Assembly (NCBI GenBank): GCA_050015935.1
Contig: JBEKAL010000001.1
Location: forward strand, 7,679 to 71,678
Direction: 5' to 3'
DNA: 64,000 bases
From: Roseiarcus sp.
GTDB taxonomy: Bacteria; Pseudomonadota; Alphaproteobacteria; Rhizobiales; Beijerinckiaceae
Shown here: positions 57,700 to 64,000 of the stretch, piece by piece
Position numbering within the stretch: the stretch's first letter is position 1
How the letters are laid out: every line of letters starts with the position of its first letter
Program-made: the position numbers and the translations under genes
Notes under the pieces: generated by a model
Told to the model about the DNA's origin: nothing
The model's database searches: none
Seen by the model: the letters and a program-made list of their open reading frames with translations, nothing else

Positions 57700-58830
57700 A
57701 TGAGTTCAATTCTGACGAACCCCTCGGCGCTCAGCGCGCTGCAGGCGTTGCAAATGACGCAAAATGAGATGAACCAGACCCAGAACCAGGTTTCGACCGG
57801 TCTGGCGGTCGCCACCGCGGCCGACAATGCGTCCTATTGGTCGATCGCGACTCAGCTGAATTCCGACAGCGGCGTCGTCGCCGCCGCCAATAACGCGCTG
57901 GCGGAGAGCCAATCCGTCCTCGACACCGCCTCGTCGGCGATCAGTTCGGTCATCACCACCATCAACTCGATCCAGGCGGCGCTCACCCAAGCGACCAATC
58001 CTGGCGCCGACATCGGCAACATCAACACGACGCTCGCTTCGCTCGGCCAGCAACTGAGCGACGCCGTCAACGGCGCTTCGTTCAACGGCCTCAACCTCCT
58101 CGACGGCTCGCAGTTGGCGGCGTTGAATTTCGTCGCCGGGTTCAACGCCAGCGCCGCGGGCGGTTCGTTCAATAATATCAGCTTCACCGCGCAGGCGCTC
58201 ACCGGCGCCGGCGGCGTGGCGTCGACCTCACAGGAAGCCAACATCACCGACGCGGCGACGATCGCGGCGCTCAATGCGCTGCCCGACAATCACACTGCGA
58301 CGGTTGGCTACGGCCAGGACGTCGTCACCAACGCCGGCGGCGGCGCCACCACGATCACGGTCGAGTCTCAGTCGCTCACCGGCGTCGACACCACCACGAC
58401 CTACACCGGCCTCGACGCCAATGGGAACACGGTGTCGGCGGCGACCGCCGTCGCGTTCGGCGTGTCGGTGACGACGACTCCGCCAGCCGGCCTGCTGACC
58501 CAGGGCGCCACCGACCTGACCAACATCCAGATCGGGGGAGCGACCACGGCGGCCACGGCGCTGAGCGCGGTCGAGACGGCGTTGAGCGCGGTGACCAATT
58601 ACGCCGCGACCATCGGCGCCACCCAGGATCGCATGACCGCCGCCTCGACGTTCAACTCCTCGCTGACGACGAACTACGCCGAGGGCGTCAGCGCCCTCGT
58701 CGACGCGAACATGAATACGGCTTCCACGCGCTTGCAGGCCTTGCAGACGCAGGAACAGCTCGGCATTCAGTCGCTGTCGATCGCGAACCAAAATGCCCAG
58801 CTCCTCCTGAAGCTGTTCTCAAACGTCTGA
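57700..58830 (+). CDS. fliC: flagellin
   Basis: MSSILTNPSALSALQALQMTQNEMNQTQNQVSTGL.VATAADNASYWSIA and C-terminal LQALQTQEQLGIQSLSIANQNAQLLLKLF. GGCAGGAG RBS before ATG 57700. Confidence 0.95.
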   Translation: MSSILTNPSALSALQALQMTQNEMNQTQNQVSTGLAVATAADNASYWSIATQLNSDSGVVAAANNALAESQSVLDTASSAISSVITTINSIQAALTQATNPGADIGNINTTLASLGQQLSDAVNGASFNGLNLLDGSQLAALNFVAGFNASAAGGSFNNISFTAQALTGAGGVASTSQEANITDAATIAALNALPDNHTATVGYGQDVVTNAGGGATTITVESQSLTGVDTTTTYTGLDANGNTVSAATAVAFGVSVTTTPPAGLLTQGATDLTNIQIGGATTAATALSAVETALSAVTNYAATIGATQDRMTAASTFNSSLTTNYAEGVSALVDANMNTASTRLQALQTQEQLGIQSLSIANQNAQLLLKLFSNV

Positions 58831-59724
58831 GCGGGTTTCAGTGAGCTGACAAGCGAGCGGCGTCGTCGGCGAAAAGCCGGCGGCCCGGTCGCCGGCGGTT
58901 GCGCGGCGTTCGCGCGAGCGTTCCTCTCTCGAATCGGACGGCTTGGCCGAGATCGACGAACCCGGACGACCATCGATCCGTCGTCCTCGTTCGCACGGTC
59001 GGCCCGCGCTGAAGGCGCGCCTTGATCGCATCGCGCGCTTGCCTCGAAATGGACGATCCCGAACGCTCGCGGCTTTCCCTGCGACGGCGAGGCGACGAGC
59101 GCCCGGCGGCCGTGCTCCTCCGCTGGGTCTCGCGCCAACTGTGTTGAACGCCGCCCCTAGTCGGGAATCAGACAGTGAAGTTTGCCCTGTCGAACGAGTG
59201 TCCGAGGCCGGCGGCAAACCGCGCCGAAGCATCGGATCTCGCCGCCGGCCCGCCCCGATCCTGCCCGGGCGGCCGGCGGCGAGAACGACCGCGCTTCGGC
59301 TTGCAATCGCTTTCGACCGGCGAGGCGGGCGAACAATTGTCGCGGCCGGACTCGGCTCGAGCTCCCGAGGACGGATCACGGCGCGAGGATACGGGAAAGG
59401 TCGCCCACGGGTCCGGCCGGTCTTCATGGCGATCGCCGGTTTAGGCGCCGCCGCCTTCCTCAGCGAGATTGCGGGCTTTGGCAATAGCCAGATGCGACAA
59501 AAGCGCGCAGTTGTGAAGGCGGTCTCGATCGCGGGACAACGCGCCCGCGCCCGTCTGGCGGCGCGCCTCGCCACTTGTGAAAGGAGCGCGCCGCCTTCCA
59601 GACGCGTGAACGCCGTAGCCCCCTTTGCGGGGGAAAGGCAAAGCGCGCTTCCAAGAAGCGTATCTATCTGATTTGCAAAAGTAAATCTACTCGCGTGAAT
59701 TCGGCTCGGCCGGCCGGGAGCCGA

Positions 59725-60396
59725 TCAGCGCTTTTCGATGCAATAGCCGAGATATCGCTTCGAATCGATCGGATCGAAGCCGAGACGATATTTCAGCTTC
59801 TTGCGCAGTTTGCTGATGTGGCTTTCGACGACGTTCTCGTCGACGTTCTCGTCGAACAGGCCGTAGACCGCGTTGAAGATTTGCGTCTTCGTCACCCGCC
59901 GGCCGCGATTTCGCACAAGATATTCCAGAATGCGGCATTCGCGCCGCGGCAACGGCAGAGGCACGCCCTTCACCTCAGGCTCGCGCCCGTCGAGATAAAC
60001 ACAGAGATCGCCGATCGTCACGTGGCCCTTCTCTCCCAGAGCCCGCCGATGGATGGCGCCGACGCGGGCGAGAATTTCCCGAACGTGAACCGGCTTGCGA
60101 AGCACGTCGTCGACGCCCGCCGCAAACAGTTCCAAGGTCTCGTCGAGCGATTGGCGATCGTTGAGGCAGAGGACCGGCGCGCTGGAACGTTCTCGGATGA
60201 GTTTGGGAAACAGTTCGCGATTGCTGCAATCGCCGATGAGGAACGCTTCAACGGCGCGCATGTCGATGTCGCTCACTTTGCCGATCCATTCTCGGAATTC
60301 CGTAGGATCGATGCCCGCCGTGGAGACCCCTTCTCGACCAAGTCCGGACGCATAACCGCCCGCAACGATACTGCGCTCATCGACGATGATGTACAT
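59725..60396 (-). CDS. ftcR: FtcR-like OmpR-family flagellar master regulator (orphan response regulator)
   Basis: Receiver-like N-terminus [11 protein letters not shown]...EAFLIGD...[18 protein letters not shown] and OmpR winged-helix C-terminus ([12 protein letters not shown]...[12 protein letters not shown]). From memory it resembles Brucella/Bradyrhizobium FtcR. No kinase nearby. Confidence 0.8.
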   Translation of the reverse strand: MYIIVDERSIVAGGYASGLGREGVSTAGIDPTEFREWIGKVSDIDMRAVEAFLIGDCSNRELFPKLIRERSSAPVLCLNDRQSLDETLELFAAGVDDVLRKPVHVREILARVGAIHRRALGEKGHVTIGDLCVYLDGREPEVKGVPLPLPRRECRILEYLVRNRGRRVTKTQIFNAVYGLFDENVDENVVESHISKLRKKLKYRLGFDPIDSKRYLGYCIEKR

Positions 60397-60653
60397 AATA
60401 TGCCCCCGCTTTATATATAATTGTATCCGCGTTGGTTCGTTATACCTGTGTTATCTTACGCATACGCTGATACAAAATTAGAGAACGCCGCCTAAAGGCA
60501 GTAAATATAAGTAACGAAGAAACCTGATGGGGCTGGCGTCCTCGGCGAAAGCTCTTAGATTACGCGCTCACCGATTGCTTAGTGTGAATGGATTACCTCC
60601 GAATCATAGCTTTGAATCGCGGTTCCTGCTTCAAAAAGGTACACAGGCGATGG

Positions 60654-60668
60654 TTAACAGGCTGTTAA
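60654..60668. promoter_or_regulatory. perfect CtrA-type box TTAA-N7-TTAA upstream of ftcR
   Basis: ttaacaggctgttaa (extended form gttaacaggctgttaac, a near-palindrome) inside a 300-bp AT-rich intergenic region, about 260 nt upstream of the ftcR ATG. Confidence 0.45.
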
Positions 60669-60894
60669 CGTTCTCGGCAAAAAGTTAGTGCGATATTGAC
60701 CATCATTGAGACGGCAATTGACGTAGAGTTAGCGCAACGGCGCGCGGCTTGTTTCGTTCCGCCGGGCGTGCGCAAGCGCGACGCGGCAACGGTTTGGCAA
60801 CCCCCGTCGGCTAACGTTCCCACGGCGCGGCGCCGCCGGCCGGCCGGCGGCGCGCCTTGGGGCGGCGTCGCCAGAGCCATGACGCGACGAACGC

Positions 60895-61356
60895 ATGCGA
60901 GAGACGTTTGACGGCTTCCGCGGGCAAGATCGGCGCGACGATCGCGAATACGCGCGCGCGCTCGCGCGGCGCGGCCAAGTCGGCTATTGCGTCGTCGAAC
61001 CGAGGCGCGAGGAAAAACCGAGGGATGAAGGCCGTCGCGACCATCGCGCCGCCGGACGTCGGCGCACGCGGCTTCGTTCGGCCAAGATTCTCGACGCGGC
61101 CAACAAGTTCGTGTGCGAATGCCTCATTCATGACCGTTCGGCCAGCGGGCTGCGTCTGACGCTGGCGCGAAACTTAGGCTTGCCCGCCCATTTCCGCGTG
61201 CATGACGACGAGACGGGCGAAGTGGACGCCGTCGTGACGGTGTGGCGGCGCGGCGCCGTGCTCGGCGTGCGCTACAGCCGAGCCTTCGGACTGGCGCCGA
61301 TCAAGCCGAGCGACAGATCGGCGCTTCGCGGGCTGTTCTATGCAATTCCCGATTGA
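60895..61356 (+). CDS. single-domain PilZ protein (putative c-di-GMP receptor)
   Basis: RRxxxR-type motif (GRRRTRLRSAKIL) and DxSxxG motif (HDRSASGLRL), followed by a beta-barrel-like VHDDETGEVDAVVTVWRRGAVLGVRY. The exact start is uncertain. Confidence 0.65.
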   Translation: MRETFDGFRGQDRRDDREYARALARRGQVGYCVVEPRREEKPRDEGRRDHRAAGRRRTRLRSAKILDAANKFVCECLIHDRSASGLRLTLARNLGLPAHFRVHDDETGEVDAVVTVWRRGAVLGVRYSRAFGLAPIKPSDRSALRGLFYAIPD

Positions 61357-61376
61357 TCGCGCCCCGCCGCCTTCGA

Positions 61377-63476
61377 TCAGGCGTAGCACTTCTCCTCGAC
61401 GATCGCCGAGTTGAACAAGCGGTTGATGTCGCGCTTTATCCCCGCGCGCCGATCGTTGGCGCTGTAGACGGAGCGCGCGAGCGCGACGAACCATTCGCCG
61501 AATTCGTGGTTTTTTTCGCACCGGCGGATTTCGTCCTCGATGTCCCAAAGGCGCTCATTGACGGCGGCCAGGCCGGCTTTCAGGGCGCCGAGGCGAGGAT
61601 GGTCGAGCCCGGCGCTCCTCAGGCTGTCTTCGAGCAACTCGAGCTCTCTGCCCACGTTGCGCAACTTGTCGTCGTCCGCAATGCGGCGCGATTTTATTTC
61701 CAGGATGGTGATCTTGTCGATGATCTCGCCGACGGCGCCGGGAAAGGCAATCAGCCGTTCCGAGCCTCGATTCCGGGCGGGCGAGGCGAGGCGCTCGGCC
61801 ATCTCGGCGAATACGCCGCCCCAATCGCCGCGTTGTTTCTGACGAAAGAGCCGCATCGTCGGATACCAGGGCGAATCGTCGCGGTCGCGCAACCATCGCC
61901 ATTCCGCGTCCTTTTTCAGGGCGACCCAGACCGGCCGGCCGAGCGCGCCCGCCAAATGGGCGATCGAGGTGTCGCAGGTGACGACGAGGTCGAGATGCGC
62001 GATCGCCGCCGCCGAGTCGATAAAGGCGTCCGGGCCGGCGTCGAAGCGTTCGCCCAGCGATTCGACCCGCATGCCCGGCGGGACGTCGGCGAGTTGCTCG
62101 ACGCCGAAGCCTTTTTGCAAGGATATGAGACGCGCGTTGGGCGCCGCGGCGAGCGGCGCGAAGGCGGCGAGCGGCGCCGAGCGGGCCATATCGGCTTCGG
62201 GATCGGCGTTGCCTTGCCAAACGATCCCGATCTTGTAGCCGGCCGGGCCGATGCGCGCGGCCCATTTTTCCGCCAATTCCGGTTCGGCGCGCAAATAGGG
62301 CACGGGCGCCGGCACGCCGTCCAGGCGCGTCGCGAAAGCGCGCGGCAGGCTGCTGATGGCGATCTGCGCGTCGAACGATTCGCCTTCAGGCGTTTTTTCG
62401 ATCAGTCTGCCGCCGCGCTGCGAAGAAAGCAGCCGATGCATCTTCGAGGGGCACAAAAGAGTCGGGACTGCGCCGGCGGCGATCATCATCGGCAGATAGC
62501 GGGCGAATTGAATCGTGTCGCCGAGGCCGTGATCGTTCATCACCAGCACCCGTTCGCCCGTTCGCCCTGGCCCGAGCCACTTGGGAAAGCGCACGCCGAG
62601 CGCCTCGTCGAGCGACTTTCCCGCGATCCAGCGCGATTCGTAACCCTCCCAGCCGCGTTCGAAATCGCCGAGCGTGAGATCGAGGCACCCCTTGCCGCTG
62701 ATCGCCTCGACGTTGCCGAGCCGTTCGGCTCTTTCGAACGCCTCGCGCGCTTCCTCGAAGCGGTCCAGCGCGCGCAGCGCCAGCGCTTGGCCGCATAGCG
62801 CGGCGGAAAAATCGGGCTTGATCGAACCCGCCAGGCGATAGGCGTCGAGCGCTTCCGCGACTCGATCGAGTTTCAGCTGCGCATTGCCGAGATTGAGCGC
62901 CGCTTCGGCGAAATCCGGCCGCAGGCGCAGCGCTTCGCGGGCCGCCTCGGCCGATTCGTCCAGCCGGCCGAGTTGGCGAAGCGCCCCGGCGCGACTGTTC
63001 CAAAGGTCGGGGTCGCCGGGCTGGAGAGCGAGCGCCGCTTGGAAGCCGTCGAGCGCCTCGGCGTACCGTCCGAGTTCGAAAAGCAGCTTTCCGGCGTTCG
63101 ACCAAGCGGCCGGCAAGTCGAGCTTGAGGCTGATGGCGCGCCGGTAGAATTGCAGAGCCGCAGCGCTCTTGCCCGATTCGCCGAGGATGTAGCCGCCCAT
63201 GCACAGCGCCTCGGGAAAGTCCGGGTTCTCGCGCAAGGCCGCGTCCAACAGTCCGACCGCCTCCCGCCGGCGTCCCTCGCGCCACATCGCGACGCCGCGC
63301 GCGTAAAGCGCTCCGGCCGTCGCGCCGAGGGGCGCGCCGAGCCCATGGCCCTCGACATCCGGATCGCGCGGCGGGGCCGCGGCGGAACGCGCGAGAGAGA
63401 GGGAACCGGGTCCAGCCAGCGATTTTTGTTTCAAGGCGATGCGTCCGGGCGCGGCGGCCAGTTCCGCGGCGCGCAC
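61377..63476 (-). CDS. TPR-repeat protein fused to a GT-B-like (GT9/heptosyltransferase-like) glycosyltransferase domain and a C-terminal helical domain
   Basis: About 6 TPR units (e.g. AVGLLDAALRENPDFPEALCMGGYIL, YAEALDGFQAALALQPGDPDLWNSRAGAL). Then VLVMNDHGLGDTIQFARYLP...LVVTCDTSIAHLAGALGRPVWVAL. The C-terminal 120 aa (GEIIDKITILEIK...WDIEDEIR) resemble a DUF6165-type domain. GTG start. Confidence 0.8.
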   Translation of the reverse strand: MRAAELAAAPGRIALKQKSLAGPGSLSLARSAAAPPRDPDVEGHGLGAPLGATAGALYARGVAMWREGRRREAVGLLDAALRENPDFPEALCMGGYILGESGKSAAALQFYRRAISLKLDLPAAWSNAGKLLFELGRYAEALDGFQAALALQPGDPDLWNSRAGALRQLGRLDESAEAAREALRLRPDFAEAALNLGNAQLKLDRVAEALDAYRLAGSIKPDFSAALCGQALALRALDRFEEAREAFERAERLGNVEAISGKGCLDLTLGDFERGWEGYESRWIAGKSLDEALGVRFPKWLGPGRTGERVLVMNDHGLGDTIQFARYLPMMIAAGAVPTLLCPSKMHRLLSSQRGGRLIEKTPEGESFDAQIAISSLPRAFATRLDGVPAPVPYLRAEPELAEKWAARIGPAGYKIGIVWQGNADPEADMARSAPLAAFAPLAAAPNARLISLQKGFGVEQLADVPPGMRVESLGERFDAGPDAFIDSAAAIAHLDLVVTCDTSIAHLAGALGRPVWVALKKDAEWRWLRDRDDSPWYPTMRLFRQKQRGDWGGVFAEMAERLASPARNRGSERLIAFPGAVGEIIDKITILEIKSRRIADDDKLRNVGRELELLEDSLRSAGLDHPRLGALKAGLAAVNERLWDIEDEIRRCEKNHEFGEWFVALARSVYSANDRRAGIKRDINRLFNSAIVEEKCYA

Positions 63477-63560
63477 GGCCTCAACAAAGCGCGCGACGCT
63501 TGCCCGAGACTTGCCGTCCTACGCGCCATGCGCCGGTCGGGGTCGCGATCCTCGTCCGCC

Positions 63561-64000
63561 CTATCCGCCCAGAGTGAGATTTTGCAGGCTCGCCAGCAGC
63601 GTGCTGCTGAAATACGAGGCGGTGGAGTCGCCGCTGAAGCTGCTGTTGCCGCTGATGAGGCCGCTCAGAATCGTCGTCGCCGCCGAAGTGGGCGCGGACG
63701 AGTTTCCATCCGACGAAATGGTGAGGGGGGTCGACGCATCCGCTCCTCCCGCCCCGTAGTCCAAATCGTACATTGCAGTGAAGCGTTCGGTCAGCTGCTG
63801 CAATTCTTTCGGGTTTTGCAGTTCGGACATCGGCATCAGCTGGGTGATTTCCTGCGCCTCGGTGTCGATGTTGGCGCCGGCCGTCTCCGGCGGAAGGCCG
63901 AAGATGGTCTGGACGACGTCGAGCAGGTTCTCGTCGCCCATGATGCCAAGGCCGGTGGTCACCGAGGGCGCGACGCGCTGAAAATAGAGGGCGAGTTGAA
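63561..64000 (-). CDS. DUF1217-like flagellar-cluster protein (5' end beyond window)
   Basis: The frame stays open upstream of the listed GTG (…ALYFQRVAPSVTTGLGIMGDENLLDVVQTIFGLPPE…) to the window edge. Composition and context fit DUF1217 proteins of alphaproteobacterial flagellar loci. Confidence 0.55.
   Translation of the reverse strand, partial: QLALYFQRVAPSVTTGLGIMGDENLLDVVQTIFGLPPETAGANIDTEAQEITQLMPMSELQNPKELQQLTERFTAMYDLDYGAGGADASTPLTISSDGNSSAPTSAATTILSGLISGNSSFSGDSTASYFSSTLLASLQNLTLGG

Overview
High-GC (about 65%) alphaproteobacterial chromosome segment. The gene content (flaF/flbT, motB-motC-fliK order, motE-like gene, FtcR-type regulator, DUF1217) fits a Hyphomicrobiales/Rhizobiales-type organism; this taxonomic call is inference only. 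Positions 1-23 kb are mostly housekeeping or metabolic genes: L,D-transpeptidase, GNAT, a CarD/CdnL-family regulator with a long basic N-terminal extension, moaED, pgsA, upp, pheA, kdsB, membrane cytochrome c, a PAS-GGDEF-EAL protein and a secreted WD40 propeller. This part also holds an iorA / iorB-ferredoxin fusion / three-subunit 2-oxoacid:ferredoxin oxidoreductase operon divergent from a phenylacetate-CoA ligase. At 12.4-14.5 kb there is a MITE-like nested palindrome, a low-GC trypsin-like protease gene and a PD-(D/E)xK-like gene. Positions 23.4-64 kb are a flagellar supercluster. About 35 genes run on the minus strand from motA (45.2 kb) down to 23.4 kb. They are followed by flgF-fliI, an embedded diguanylate cyclase plus J-domain pair, slt-fliK-motC-motB-fliH-like-fliF, flagellin, ftcR with a perfect CtrA box upstream, a PilZ gene, a TPR-glycosyltransferase gene and a DUF1217 gene truncated by the window end. 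I found no rRNA, tRNA, CRISPR array, integrase or transposase. I see no single clear-cut novel system. The best candidates for follow-up are the protease/nuclease-like pair, the c-di-GMP/J-domain module inside the flagellar locus, the iorB-ferredoxin fusion operon, and several unassigned small genes and one gap inside the flagellar operons. Family assignments come from motif recognition by eye; no searches were run. The supplied ORF track uses ATG/GTG/TTG starts, so several 5' ends were trimmed by me and remain uncertain.
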